From the IMG/VR virus record IMGVR_UViG_3300045974_000247, positions 1 through 58,848 of that record: DNA of 58,848 nt. One strand, 5' to 3'. This DNA is from a virus. Lineage: Duplodnaviria; Caudoviricetes. The translations under genes were made by a program, and so were the position numbers. Positions 1 through 9,593 of this stretch are shown here, one piece after another; position 1 is the stretch's first letter; each line of letters opens with the position of its first letter. The notes under the pieces were generated by a model. That model made no database searches and was not told the DNA's origin. It saw only the letters and a list, made by a program, of their open reading frames with translations.

Positions 1-127
1 CGTGGCAGGGACGCACCGTGTCGTGGTGAGACGCGCTTTCGCGTATTCGATAGCTCAGAAGCTCGGAAGGTCACCGCTGACCTTGCAGAGAATCGAAGAC
101 CGCCATTCGTACTCAGCCGCCTCTCGG
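1..127. repeat. Terminal direct repeat, left copy (probable circular-assembly overlap)
   Basis: 1-127 is identical to 58722-58848; 127 is a common maximum assembler k-mer. Confidence 0.9.
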
Positions 128-550
128 GCATCGCGCGTTCGCGCTTGGCTTCGTACCGTCGGCATCGCGCTAACGCGCGTGGCTCCGGCTCCGCTTGCTT
201 CGTTCGCCTGTCCTACAAGAGGAACCCTACTCCCATCCCCGGCGCAGAGTAAAGCGTTTGCCCGGCAGGTAGAAGAAGGATAGGGCAGTTCCGTTCTGGC
301 AGACATCCTGGCAGCGGAACCGCCAGCTGGCGACTCAGGAATCTGCCAAAACTCGAGCCTCTAGCAGTAGCAGGTCGGGAGGCTCGGCTGCGGCCGCAGC
401 TGGCAGATTCCTGAGGAGTTCTGTGCCAAACCAAGTCCAGGGTCGATTTCCACGTCCCTTGCGGGACTTTGTTTCATGAGTAACGGCGCCAGGTTGGCAA
501 CCCCCGAAAGGGTACCATTCTCTATTAGCCGCTATACGGGCTAATAGAAC
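1..550 (-). ncRNA. Putative long structured leader/ncRNA, 5' part (continues through 58440-58721)
   Basis: No credible ORF; dense inverted repeats, e.g. ctcaggaatctgcca/tggcagattcctgag (~334-415), aaggtca-ccgc-tgacctt, gtccc-GCAA-gggac on the minus strand, tctattagcc/ggctaataga. Confidence 0.45.
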
Positions 551-882
551 GGACATGGCAAAAACTGGTCATACCGAGAGTCGAAATCCGGAGCACTTTT
601 TTGGCAGGTTTTCACGATTCACGCAAAACGTGGCTGCTGCTTTCTGGCGCCTGTCACTGAAAGCGTGCGAAAATGCCATCGTTTTGTTTTGCCTTTGTGG
701 TCGAAGTATGGCCGGAACCCATCACTTTGGCTGCGATCAACCAGGGCTCAACACAACCGCTGGCGCCGCTCGGGGCCCCCGGGAGGCTCGGGGGCCTAGG
801 GCCCGGCACAGCGAAACAGGCCTGCCCAGCTGTGCCGGGCCCCCGGGAGGCTCGGGAGGAGGGACCCCCGGGAGCGTCAGCC

Positions 883-2274
883 TCAGCGGGCCCGGGAGCG
901 TGGGCGCTTGGACCCTGCCGCGCGCTCCCGGAGAGCTTCCAGCAGGGCCCTCTGCGTGCGGTCCTTCTTGGCGACCCCTCGCATCACGACCTCATCGACG
1001 GTCCCGCGCGCGACCACGTGGTGGACCACTACGCGCTCCCGCTGACCCTGCCGCCAGATGCGTCGGATGAGCTGCTCGTAGTTCTCCAGGTCCCACGTGA
1101 GCGAGTGCCAGATGACGGCGGCTCCGACCCCCTGGAGGTTGAGCCCGTGTGCGACGCTCTGCGGCTGCGCGAGGAGGACCGGGAGCCCGCCAGCGTTCCA
1201 GGCATCCTCGACCTCACGCGCCTTCTTCGCAGTCACCCCGCCCCCAAGGTACGGTGCGCCGGGGAAGGCGCGCTGGAGCCGCTCCAGGTCGTGCTGGAAC
1301 TCATACGCGATGAGCGCGGGCTTCCCCGACAGCTCCTCGACCAGCTCCTGGACTGCCTCGGTCTTGGCCTCGTGGAGGTGGTGGAGGGTGCGGACCTTCG
1401 GGTCGGACCCGTACAGCCCGCCGTTCGCAATCTGCCGGCACTTGATCGTCGCAGCCCCCACGTTGGCGGCGGTGACGATGCCCTCCTCGACCTGCGCCAG
1501 CAGGAGCTTCTCCATCTGGTCGTATGCCTTGCGCGCCTCGGGGGGCAGCTCGACCTCGACCGTGTTGTTGATCAGCGGCGGCAGCTTGAGGTAGTCCTCC
1601 CCCCGCATGCGGAGGACGAGGGGCCGCAGCCGTGCGTAGATGCGCTCAGCGGCATCCTCCTTCGGCACCCAGGTGTAGCCCCCGTACCCGGTGGCGTCGA
1701 AGTAGGCGTTGCGGAAGTGGGTGATGTAGGAGCCGAGCGCGTTGCCCTGGTCGAGGAGGTAGACCTGCCCGAAGAGGTCCATGAGCCCGTTGGGCGCTGG
1801 GCTCCCGGTGAGGATGACCCGCCGGTTGAACTCGTGGAGGTGCGGCCGGAGCGCCTTGAACCGCTGCGTGTTGGTGTGCTTGAACCGGGTGGACTCGTCT
1901 ACCACGAGCATGTCCCACTTGATGCGGAGCCGCTTTGCCTCCTTGAAGAGCCAGCCAAGCCCCTCGGGGTTGATCACGCTGACGTGGTGGGGCTGCTCCA
2001 GGAGCATCTGCTTGTCCTTGCCGTGGAGGACGTGGACGTTGAGCCCCCGGAACTCGTCCCACTTCTGCGCCTCGCGCGGCCACGTGCTCTCAGCGGGCCG
2101 GAGCGGGGCGATGACCAGCATCCTCTCGGCCATCCCCGATTCCAGCAGGACCTTGAACGTGGCGTAGGTGATGCTGGTCTTCCCCAGGCCCGGGTCGAGG
2201 AACAGCCCCCCACAGGCCTGGCCCAGGAGGAACTTGATGGCCTGGTCCTGGTATGCGTGCGGTTGGTACTGCAT
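883..2274 (-). CDS. SNF2-family (SF2) DNA helicase
   Basis: Walker A variant DPGLGKT, VVDES, LTGSP, HGLNLQ, QLIRRIWRQGQ motif VI. Confidence 0.93.
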   Translation of the reverse strand: MQYQPHAYQDQAIKFLLGQACGGLFLDPGLGKTSITYATFKVLLESGMAERMLVIAPLRPAESTWPREAQKWDEFRGLNVHVLHGKDKQMLLEQPHHVSVINPEGLGWLFKEAKRLRIKWDMLVVDESTRFKHTNTQRFKALRPHLHEFNRRVILTGSPAPNGLMDLFGQVYLLDQGNALGSYITHFRNAYFDATGYGGYTWVPKEDAAERIYARLRPLVLRMRGEDYLKLPPLINNTVEVELPPEARKAYDQMEKLLLAQVEEGIVTAANVGAATIKCRQIANGGLYGSDPKVRTLHHLHEAKTEAVQELVEELSGKPALIAYEFQHDLERLQRAFPGAPYLGGGVTAKKAREVEDAWNAGGLPVLLAQPQSVAHGLNLQGVGAAVIWHSLTWDLENYEQLIRRIWRQGQRERVVVHHVVARGTVDEVVMRGVAKKDRTQRALLEALRERAAGSKRPRSRAR

Positions 2275-2670
2275 TCAGATGCCCTCCCCGTCCACACCAT
2301 CGGTGAACCGGAGGACGCACGCGACCCGGATGCCCCGGTCGAGGACGATGGGACGCCTGGTGCCGGTGAACGCCTTGAACTCCTCCTTGAGCCGCTCCAG
2401 CTGCTGGATGTTGAGGGGCCGCTCCGACTCCAGCACGACCTGGTCGAAGGGCCCCAGCTCCAGGACCCTCGGGGTGATGACAATGGGCGGCTCGCTGTCC
2501 GGGTACTTGCCCCGGAGCACCACGGTCATCGCGCGCTCCCGCTCCAGCTCCTCCCGGAGCCGCGCGTTGGCGGCGGCTTGGACTGCAGCTTGCTCGAGCG
2601 CCTCATCCATCCGCATCTGGATGAGGGTCAGGCGCGCGAGGCAGTTGGGGCACAACAGCGTGTCGGTCAC
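2275..2670 (-). CDS. Hypothetical protein (CPNC, coiled coil)
   Basis: Abuts the helicase; GTG start after GAGG; genome-like codon usage. Confidence 0.65.
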   Translation of the reverse strand: MTDTLLCPNCLARLTLIQMRMDEALEQAAVQAAANARLREELERERAMTVVLRGKYPDSEPPIVITPRVLELGPFDQVVLESERPLNIQQLERLKEEFKAFTGTRRPIVLDRGIRVACVLRFTDGVDGEGI

Positions 2671-2888
2671 GGGGACACCTCGGGGGGTCGGTGGTAGTTG
2701 TTGCGGCAGATGTCGGAGCAGAACCTGCGCCGGGTGCCGCGCACGCGCCGGTCCCGGAGGAAGGTTCCACCGCAGTGGACGCACGTGGCGGCGTAGTTCC
2801 CGGGCTGGATGTTGAACAGCTCCTTGACCGGGAGGCTCATGCGCTCCTCGTGCGCCTGGAGGCAGCGCAGCTCGATGCGTCGGGCCAT
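2667..2888 (-). CDS. Small Zn-finger-like protein
   Basis: CVHCG...RRFCSDICR motif; overlaps the downstream start. Confidence 0.6.
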   Translation of the reverse strand: MARRIELRCLQAHEERMSLPVKELFNIQPGNYAATCVHCGGTFLRDRRVRGTRRRFCSDICRNNYHRPPEVSP

Positions 2889-2893
2889 GTCCC

Positions 2894-3232
2894 TCACAGC
2901 ACGTCCCCCAGGTCGAACTTCGTGGGCGCGTACCGCACCCGGTCCGCGATGATGGCGTCGATGATGTTGCGACCCGTGGCCTTGTCGTCGATGACGAACA
3001 CCCACTGGCCCAGGTCGATGAGCTGGTTGATCATCATCTTCTGGAGGGGCGTGGGCTCCTCCCCCACGCGCTTGTACTCGATGAGGAAGTGCTTGCCGTT
3101 GGGCGCCCAGAACCCTCGGTCAGGCCAGCTCCTCGCGCCCAGCCCGTTCATCTTCCGGACCAAGCAGCCGAGCCGCTTGGCGTACTGGACGTTGTCGTTC
3201 TCAGCGATGCGCTCCGGCTTAGTCTTGGCCAT
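2894..3232 (-). CDS. VRR-NUC domain nuclease
   Basis: E..E..V, WPDR, IEYK, PTPLQ motifs; usual partner of the SNF2 helicase in phages. Confidence 0.88.
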   Translation of the reverse strand: MAKTKPERIAENDNVQYAKRLGCLVRKMNGLGARSWPDRGFWAPNGKHFLIEYKRVGEEPTPLQKMMINQLIDLGQWVFVIDDKATGRNIIDAIIADRVRYAPTKFDLGDVL

Positions 3233-3336
3233 GTCGGTCCCTGTTGTGTCGGTCGAGCGCCCGGAGGAGGAGACACCCCGTCAGGGCAGAGATGGAGAGG
3301 CTGAGTAGCCCAGCCGCTGCGAGGCGCAGTATGGAG

Positions 3337-3618
3337 CTAATCATCGAACACCCGCAGGGACGGTCCCATGCCGAGCGACTTGACCTCCAGCTGCTCGAAG
3401 GACACGACCTCGATGCGGCTCCCGTTGACGAGCCGGATGACGTGCCGCGCTCGGGTGGAGCCCCCGACGTGCTGGGCGAAGACCCAGAGCGCGTCAGCGT
3501 TCCATCGGACCCGCTGCACGTTGGGCACGACGATGAGCACCACGGCCCCAGCGGTCTCAGAGGCCATGAGGATGGCCCTGAGGCAGGCTCGGGTTGTCTT
3601 CCCCGTGGACCGGCTCAT
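3337..3618 (-). CDS. Hypothetical protein with degenerate P-loop-like start
   Basis: RSTGKTT near the N-terminus; coupled to the upstream ORF. Confidence 0.55.
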   Translation of the reverse strand: MSRSTGKTTRACLRAILMASETAGAVVLIVVPNVQRVRWNADALWVFAQHVGGSTRARHVIRLVNGSRIEVVSFEQLEVKSLGMGPSLRVFDD

Positions 3619-3845
3619 CGCGCCCCTCCCTTCCGGCGGGGAGGGCGCGCAGAGGGCTGAGGCAGCGGCTCCTCAAGCGTCGGCCACGCGGGGTTGGGGG
3701 GCGTGTACCCGATCAAGAGGGTCGCGCGGCAGGCGCTGTTGGAGCACTCCCAGCGACCCTTCGGGTTGGTGGAGGTTAGTGTCCCCGCCACGCAGATTGG
3801 ACAGGTGTAGCTCGCGCTCACGACAAGACCCCTTCCTTGATCCAA
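3615..3845 (-). CDS. Small Zn-ribbon protein
   Basis: CPIC...WECSNSAC; start uncertain (may be GTG near 3821). Confidence 0.5.
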   Translation of the reverse strand: MDQGRGLVVSASYTCPICVAGTLTSTNPKGRWECSNSACRATLLIGYTPPNPAWPTLEEPLPQPSARPPRRKGGAR

Positions 3846-4219
3846 CGGGTGACCTTCTGGTCCTCCTCCTTCAGGTGGTACTCTACCCAGGCGCGCAGCC
3901 GCTTGACGAACTCACGCAGCTCCGGCTCCCCGCCCCGCGCCACCCGCGCGGAGTAGTGCGTCCAGACATCGAAGAAGCGCACATGCTCGCGTCGATGCTC
4001 TGCGAGAGCACTCTCTGGGTAGCGGACCTGCTCCATGAGCAGCTCCTCGTCCAGGAAGTGGGTGGTGAAGTGGGACCGGAGCCTGAGCATGGCCACCGCG
4101 ATGCGCCCATCGCTCAGTACCTCGGTCCCTTCCAAGTCGTCCAACACGTCACAGACAGTCTCGTGCTGCCGGTCGATGAGCCCGTTGCCGGTCCTCAGCG
4201 CCTCATTCCATGTCCGCAT
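3818..4219 (-). CDS. Bacteriohemerythrin
   Basis: W......TG...IDRQH, HF.DEE.LM...YP, EH..EH, W...H...ED: complete di-iron ligand pattern. Confidence 0.9.
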   Translation of the reverse strand: MRTWNEALRTGNGLIDRQHETVCDVLDDLEGTEVLSDGRIAVAMLRLRSHFTTHFLDEELLMEQVRYPESALAEHRREHVRFFDVWTHYSARVARGGEPELREFVKRLRAWVEYHLKEEDQKVTRWIKEGVLS

Positions 4220-4247
4220 CCCACGTCCCCCTCCCCCGCCCGTACTG

Positions 4248-4994
4248 CTAGAATCGGCAGGGGCCTCCGTTGTTGGCGCTGAACGCGCACCAGCGACAGT
4301 AGTTGCCGGGGCGCGGGTTGAACTTCGGGTCGTTCATCATCTTGGACGCGCGCTTGTCGAGCGCCTTCTGCGCCTTGGGCAGCTGCACCAGCGTCAACTC
4401 CCCGGCCTCAGAGGTCACCGTCTGCCCCTGGTCCGTGAAGATGAGCTCTGCGCGGGTCCGCTCCCCGAAGCCAGCCGTGAGCGAGGCCACCGCGTAGCCC
4501 ATCAGCTGGTCGTCGAAGACCTCTCCGGGACGCAGTTTCCCGGTCTTCCAGTCCTTCACCACGGACAGCTTCGGCTCGGGGAAGTGGAGCACGTCCACCT
4601 TGAAGCGCACGTACACGTCCTCATCGGTCCAGCCGGTCATCTTCCAGTCCTGAGTGAACGCCAGGTTGAGCTCCACGCGGACCTTCTGCTTGGCGTAGTC
4701 GGCCTTGAGCAGGCGCAGCTCCTTGGCGACCTTCTTGAGGTCGGGGTGGATGGTCTTCCGCTGCCCCCGGATGTACATCTCTGCCTCCTCGTGGAGGGCT
4801 GTCCCCCGGGCGAGCGCGGGAGCCTCGGGGGGCTTCTCACGACCGCACTTGTCGCAGGTGCCCCGCTTGTTCAGCCGCCCCTTGAAGCACTTGGGGCAGA
4901 GGTAGTCCACGCGCTCATACTTGGTCCTGCGTGGGCACTCCTCATACGCCTTCAGCGCGGAGGGGGACCACGTCTTGATGACCGACGACATCAC
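4248..4994 (-). CDS. PD-(D/E)XK (Cas4/RecB-like) exonuclease
   Basis: WSPS....YEECP, RGTALH, VD...DWKTGK, C-terminal CRWC...C. Confidence 0.88.
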   Translation of the reverse strand: MMSSVIKTWSPSALKAYEECPRRTKYERVDYLCPKCFKGRLNKRGTCDKCGREKPPEAPALARGTALHEEAEMYIRGQRKTIHPDLKKVAKELRLLKADYAKQKVRVELNLAFTQDWKMTGWTDEDVYVRFKVDVLHFPEPKLSVVKDWKTGKLRPGEVFDDQLMGYAVASLTAGFGERTRAELIFTDQGQTVTSEAGELTLVQLPKAQKALDKRASKMMNDPKFNPRPGNYCRWCAFSANNGGPCRF

Positions 4995-6823
4995 TTGACT
5001 CCTTTCAGGTCGCCCCAGTTGGGGCCTTGCTTCGCATCGCTGAGCATCGGGACATCGAACTCAACAGACTCCATCGCCTCCCGGAGCACCTCCAGCTCCT
5101 TCGCCATGGCGCCCTTGGGCGCGCTGACGTTGATCTCGTCGTGGACCGTGACCAAGAACCGGCCATCCTTCCGCACCTCGTTGTACCTGATGACTGCCTC
5201 CTTGGTGCAGTCGGCAGCGGAGCCCTGGATGAGGTAGTTGAGGAGCTTGTACTCAAACGTCTGCTCCCGTCCGTTCCGTACCACCGGCTCCTCGCAGTAG
5301 TACAGCCTCCCGCCCCACGTGCGGATGGGCTTGTCCTCCTTGGCCTTCCTCCGGAGCCCCTGCTCCAGGGCCCGGAGCCCGGGGATGGCCGAGCGCTGAG
5401 CGCCCTTGAGGAGCCGCGCCTGCTCGACCGAGACACCGAGCGCCTTGCTCAGCTTCCCCATCCCCATCCCGTAGAGCATGCCGAAGTTCAGGACCTTGAC
5501 CGCGCGACGCTCCAGCTGCGTGCCGGTGATGCCGGCGATGGACGCCTTCACGAAGTCATGCACGTCCATGCGCGGCTCCTCCCGGTACGCAGTCAGGAGG
5601 AGGTCATCCTCAAAGTGCGCCAGGATGCGCAGCTCCTGCTGGTTGTAGTCCCGGTGACCGAACAGCTGACCCTTGTCGGGGAGGCAGTAGCGTCGGATGA
5701 GCGGCAGCTCGGGGAGCTTCGGGACCTTCGGGTGGCTGTACCCGTCACCCTTGTCGTCCCACGTCTTGGGGATGTTCTGGAAGTTGGGTGAGCAACTCAG
5801 TCGCCCAGTCCGCGCGCCAGCGCCTCCCCCCGCGTGGTAGCTCTGCCGCACCTGGTTCCAGTTGGTGAAGATGTAGCCGTTGTTCCTCTCGGCCACCTCG
5901 GCCCACGGCCCCATGAACGTGCGCATCGCAGTGCCGAGCCGGGAGCGGTACTGAAGCGCCACGTACACGCGCGGGTCCTTGAACATCCCCACGCTCAGGT
6001 TCTCCTTCGCCACAGAGGGCTTCCCCGTGTCCGTGGGCACGAAGTCCTCCTCAGCGACGTGCCCCCGCTCGATGAGCGCTGCGGCCAGCGACTGGTCGGA
6101 GTCGATGTTGATGTCTCCGAGCTGCTTGGCGAGCCAGCGGTCCACGCTCGCCTGGGCGAGGGTGTACGCCTTGATGTCGGCCTGGAGCTTGGGCAGGTCC
6201 ACGCGGATGCCCTCCGACTCGTTGGCGAGGAGGACGGGGAGCAGCCGACGCTCCCGGTCATACGCCAGCTTCATCTCCCGGTCCAGCTTGGGGTACAGCT
6301 TGTCGTGGAGCTTCTTCGTGCGGACCACGTCACCGATGGCGTAGGGCCCGACGATGGACGCGGGGACCTTGGAGATGAACGCTCCGGCTCCCTTGCGCCC
6401 CTTCGTGAGCCCGTGGGCGATGACCCAGTCGGCCACGGCATCCTGCTCCTCGGGCTCCATGCCGAGCAGCCGCTTGGCGCTGGGCTTCAACGAGAGGTTG
6501 GGGGCGTGGGGGTCGGAGAGGAACAGGCTGAACATCGTGTCGTGGAACCGCTCCCAGGGCGGGAGCGCGAGCCCCAGATGGGCCTGGGCCACATCGAGGT
6601 CGAACTTGGCGTTGTGGAAGAGCAGCTCCTTGGTCTTCCAGAGGTCGGTGAGCACGCGCTTGGCCTTGGCCAGCGTCGTGTTGTTGCCCTCGGGGTGCCC
6701 CCACGCCAGGTACACCGGCTTGCGGCCGGGCTCCAGGATGGCGACTCCAACGGGCTTGGGAGGGTAGTTGGGACGCCCCTCGATGGCGTCGGTCTCAAAG
6801 TCCACGACGGTCACAGCGGCCAT
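4991..6823 (-). CDS. polA: DNA polymerase family A with 3'-5' exonuclease
   Basis: DFET exo I, HNAKFD exo II, TGRLS..PNFQNIP, DYNQQELRILAH, K.LNFG.LYG, NYLIQGSAAD, VHDE. Confidence 0.95.
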   Translation of the reverse strand: MAAVTVVDFETDAIEGRPNYPPKPVGVAILEPGRKPVYLAWGHPEGNNTTLAKAKRVLTDLWKTKELLFHNAKFDLDVAQAHLGLALPPWERFHDTMFSLFLSDPHAPNLSLKPSAKRLLGMEPEEQDAVADWVIAHGLTKGRKGAGAFISKVPASIVGPYAIGDVVRTKKLHDKLYPKLDREMKLAYDRERRLLPVLLANESEGIRVDLPKLQADIKAYTLAQASVDRWLAKQLGDINIDSDQSLAAALIERGHVAEEDFVPTDTGKPSVAKENLSVGMFKDPRVYVALQYRSRLGTAMRTFMGPWAEVAERNNGYIFTNWNQVRQSYHAGGGAGARTGRLSCSPNFQNIPKTWDDKGDGYSHPKVPKLPELPLIRRYCLPDKGQLFGHRDYNQQELRILAHFEDDLLLTAYREEPRMDVHDFVKASIAGITGTQLERRAVKVLNFGMLYGMGMGKLSKALGVSVEQARLLKGAQRSAIPGLRALEQGLRRKAKEDKPIRTWGGRLYYCEEPVVRNGREQTFEYKLLNYLIQGSAADCTKEAVIRYNEVRKDGRFLVTVHDEINVSAPKGAMAKELEVLREAMESVEFDVPMLSDAKQGPNWGDLKGVK

Positions 6824-7056
6824 GACTCTCCTCGCAGCAGTGCGGCGCGCTCTTGCTGGGCGCGCAGTTTGGTGTAGCGTCCGTGGAGGCGGCTGATGAA
6901 GAACACCCGTCGCCTCCCGCGCATCTCCGACTGCAACAGCTGGCGGAGCGCGGTCAGCGACAGGGTCTTCAACTGCTCGTTGAGCAGCTCCTGGGAAGCG
7001 AGGAGCTGCTCAACGGCCACCGCCGACAGGAGGAACTTGTCGGTGGTGGCGGGCAC
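6811..7056 (-). CDS. Hypothetical protein
   Basis: Coupled between the SSB-like gene and the polymerase. Confidence 0.6.
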   Translation of the reverse strand: MPATTDKFLLSAVAVEQLLASQELLNEQLKTLSLTALRQLLQSEMRGRRRVFFISRLHGRYTKLRAQQERAALLRGESWPL

Positions 7057-7904
7057 TAGAACTTGCCCTTGCCCTTCTTCGCGGCGGGGGCCTCGGCAGC
7101 GGGCTCCTCGTCAGCCTGCTTGTACTCCTGCTCGATGGCGGCCATGGCCTCCTCGCGCCGCGCCTCCAGCCCGTCGATGAGCACGGGGCTGATCGGCTCG
7201 CGCGCGGCCCAGGTCACCTTGAACTGGGACCGCTTGTCCTCGACGCAGTCCACGTCGCTGATGGTGAGGAGCGGGTGGAGGCTGTTGCGGGCGAGGTTGG
7301 TCACGTAGTCGGTCCAGCCCTTGCCGCTCGTCACCGGGAGCTTGAGCAGCGCCCAGCTGGCCGTCTTGACCGTGTCCTCGTCCACGTCGGCGGGGAGCGC
7401 GAGGAGGCGCCACCGGTTCTGGCACGCCTTGCCCTTGCTGTCCTCCTTGGCTCGAGCACCCAGCAGCTCCTCGGAGGCAGCGGACCCCCACTGGTTCATC
7501 GGGCACTCGGAGCAGCTCTCCGGCTTCGTGTACTCCCCGCTGGGCTTGCCCTTGGCGTTGAGGACCGGGTAGCCCTTGGCCGACTCGTGCGGCCGCATCT
7601 CCCCCTCCGTGCGCCCGAAGGCGTAGCAGCACGGCGGCGTGCGGTCGTCGGGGTCGAACTTCTTGTCGTACATGTCGTTCTCACGGATGTAGTCGAGGAC
7701 GATGAGGCCCACGGGCCCGTCCACCTTCGTGCCGCCGAGCTTCATCCCCGTCTGGGAGAAGCTCATCACGTTGGACGTGGGCGGTGGCACCGACTCCGCT
7801 GCCATCTGGGCATACTTGGCATACTTCTCCTCCAGGCTCCCCGGCTTGGCGAGAGTCTTGCCCTTGACGGGCACTGCGAGCGCTGCGGTTTTCTTGGTCG
7901 CCAT
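7056..7904 (-). CDS. Putative ssDNA-binding/annealing protein
   Basis: P.CYA, CSECPMNQWGS, GKACQN..RL pattern typical of proteins upstream of PolA in such siphoviruses; acidic/basic tail. Confidence 0.65.
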   Translation of the reverse strand: MATKKTAALAVPVKGKTLAKPGSLEEKYAKYAQMAAESVPPPTSNVMSFSQTGMKLGGTKVDGPVGLIVLDYIRENDMYDKKFDPDDRTPPCCYAFGRTEGEMRPHESAKGYPVLNAKGKPSGEYTKPESCSECPMNQWGSAASEELLGARAKEDSKGKACQNRWRLLALPADVDEDTVKTASWALLKLPVTSGKGWTDYVTNLARNSLHPLLTISDVDCVEDKRSQFKVTWAAREPISPVLIDGLEARREEAMAAIEQEYKQADEEPAAEAPAAKKGKGKF

Positions 7905-7907
7905 GTG

Positions 7908-8138
7908 TTACTCCTTCTCGTGGTACTCGATGGATGCGATGATGCTGCGTTCCGGGAGGCGAGAGCTGTCCCCCCGGCTGTTGATGAACGACGGGGGGAG
8001 GACATCGACGTTGAGCAGCTCAGCTCCCTCCTCCCGGAGGAGCGCGAGGGCACCGTTGATGGCGTCCTCCAGCTGCTTGATGTCCGCTCCCTCGACCAGC
8101 TTGATCTTGTACTTGGCCATGATCTTGTACCACCCCAT
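7908..8138 (-). CDS. Hypothetical protein
   Basis: In-operon ORF. Confidence 0.55.
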   Translation of the reverse strand: MGWYKIMAKYKIKLVEGADIKQLEDAINGALALLREEGAELLNVDVLPPSFINSRGDSSRLPERSIIASIEYHEKE

Positions 8139-8140
8139 GG

Positions 8141-8527
8141 TTACTTGCTCGCCTTGGTGAGGGAGAGCGTGGTGATGACGAACGGCACGACCCCAGGCAC
8201 GGTCTTCTTCGCGTCCAGCCGCTCCCGGAACGCAGCGTCATTCACGCGGCGCTGGAGCAAGTCGAACGCACCTGTCTTCTTGATGTACTTCTGCAACGCC
8301 TCCCAGTCCTCCACCTGGGCCACGGTGCGCGGGGAGAGGCTGGCTGTGGCGACCTTCCCCCGGGCCCCGTCGATGTTGACCTTGTCGAAGCTGTTCATGA
8401 TGTGCTGCTTCAGCGCTGCCTCCTCCTCCTTGAGCTTCTCGACCTCCTTGTCCAGCTCCAGCCGCTCGGAGCGCATCTTGTACGCGAGGTCGATGCACGC
8501 GCCCAGCGTCTTGGGGTACTTGATCAC
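8141..8527 (-). CDS. Conserved replication-region coiled-coil protein (Gam/Gp157-like)
   Basis: Coiled coil followed by V.DWEAL..YI....FDLLQRRV...VPGV. Confidence 0.65.
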   Translation of the reverse strand: MIKYPKTLGACIDLAYKMRSERLELDKEVEKLKEEEAALKQHIMNSFDKVNIDGARGKVATASLSPRTVAQVEDWEALQKYIKKTGAFDLLQRRVNDAAFRERLDAKKTVPGVVPFVITTLSLTKASK

Positions 8528-8745
8528 AGCTCGACCCGCTTGGGGAAGTTGAAGCTGAGCTGCTCGGGCACGCGCTCCGCAGCGAGCCCCTGGGCCGACT
8601 TGAGGACCTCGACCAGACGCACGTCCAGGACCGACTTGAGGCTGGCCTTGGCGACGTCAAACGTCACCTCGGCGCAGGCGCGCTCCTCCTCCCAGATGAC
8701 GTGCGTTTCCTCCCGCGTGACGACCACGACTGCGAAGCGACTCAT
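8524..8745 (-). CDS. Hypothetical protein
   Basis: Strong RBS GAGGAGGAG; first gene after the putative promoter. Confidence 0.65.
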   Translation of the reverse strand: MSRFAVVVVTREETHVIWEEERACAEVTFDVAKASLKSVLDVRLVEVLKSAQGLAAERVPEQLSFNFPKRVEL

Positions 8746-8787
8746 GGCACTCCTCCTCGGTTGGTTGACATCTTGGCAACGACTCCG

Positions 8788-8815
8788 ATTGTACGCTCAC
8801 GCGGGCCAGCGTAAA
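8788..8815 (-). promoter_or_regulatory. Putative sigma70-type promoter
   Basis: Minus strand TTTACG-N16-TACAAT in an intergenic gap. Confidence 0.55.
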
Positions 8816-8832
8816 GGCAGGACTTTGCCGCG

Positions 8833-9069
8833 TTACTTGGGCACCCCGGGTGGCTGAGCGATGCGCTCTGTCTCGACCTCGATGAGCTTGTCGAGGAAGT
8901 GCCGCGCCTTGGCGAGGTCCTGGAGCCCGTTCTTCTTGCGCCAGCGGTACACGTACTTGATGATCTGGGCCTCCATGTACGGGATGTCGTTGGCGAGCAC
9001 GAAGTCCCAGTGCTGAATCTCGGAGCGGTAGTGCTCCCCGCCCACCTGCGTCTCATTGGCCTTGCTCAT
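8833..9069 (-). CDS. DUF3310/SaV-like protein (T7 gp1.7-like nucleotide kinase family)
   Basis: QVGGEHY...IIKYVYRWRKKNGLQDLAKARHFL. Confidence 0.85.
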   Translation of the reverse strand: MSKANETQVGGEHYRSEIQHWDFVLANDIPYMEAQIIKYVYRWRKKNGLQDLAKARHFLDKLIEVETERIAQPPGVPK

Positions 9070-9593
9070 CGGAGCTTCTCCCATTCGTAGCTGAGGTGTT
9101 CGCACATCGACGACACTCCCTTGATCTCGTGCCGCGCGGTCTCCAGGTAGCTCAGCGCGCGGATGAACATGAGGCTGAGCCTCTGGGTCTTGTTCCCCAG
9201 CCGACGCTCCCGGAGGCACGTCCAGACCAGGTCGAGGGTGTCCGCTGTCTTGACGATGAACCCCTCCAGGTCCCCCAGCATCGGGATGGGGAGGGAGTGC
9301 TCAGCCACGAACACCTCCTCCATGCGGTCGAGGAGCGCGGACATGTCGGGGCTGGCGCGCTTGACGGGAGCGGGGATGTCCCCCGTGTCCACCTCTGGAG
9401 CGTCGTGGTAGAGGAGTGCCTGGAGCACGGGCCCGGGAGCTACCCCGTTGAGCTCGCACAGCTCCATCGCCACGACCATCGAGCCGTACACGTGGCGGGC
9501 GATGGTATGCTGCTCCACCGTCCGCACCGTGTGCAGGCGCACGAGGTCCCCGGCTTCGTACAGCGCCTCCATCCGCTTCAGGTTGGCCTTCAC
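9066..9593 (-). CDS. HD-domain nucleotide phosphohydrolase (YfbR-like)
   Basis: R.H...HTIARH, LYHDAPE..TGDIPAPVK, K.AD.LD. Confidence 0.87.
   Translation of the reverse strand: MKANLKRMEALYEAGDLVRLHTVRTVEQHTIARHVYGSMVVAMELCELNGVAPGPVLQALLYHDAPEVDTGDIPAPVKRASPDMSALLDRMEEVFVAEHSLPIPMLGDLEGFIVKTADTLDLVWTCLRERRLGNKTQRLSLMFIRALSYLETARHEIKGVSSMCEHLSYEWEKLR

Noticed and set aside
400-485. Hammerhead ribozyme around GUCCC-GCAA-GGGAC
   Set aside because: The CUGANGA and GAAA core elements are not correctly placed around the stem
673-2697. Long antisense ORFs (also 24562-26568, 31099-33288, 36161-37870, 44317-46044)
   Set aside because: Shadow frames opposite well-supported genes, expected in high-GC DNA; no motifs
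4248-4994. CRISPR-associated Cas4
   Set aside because: Stand-alone PD-(D/E)XK nuclease beside PolA, usual in phage replication modules
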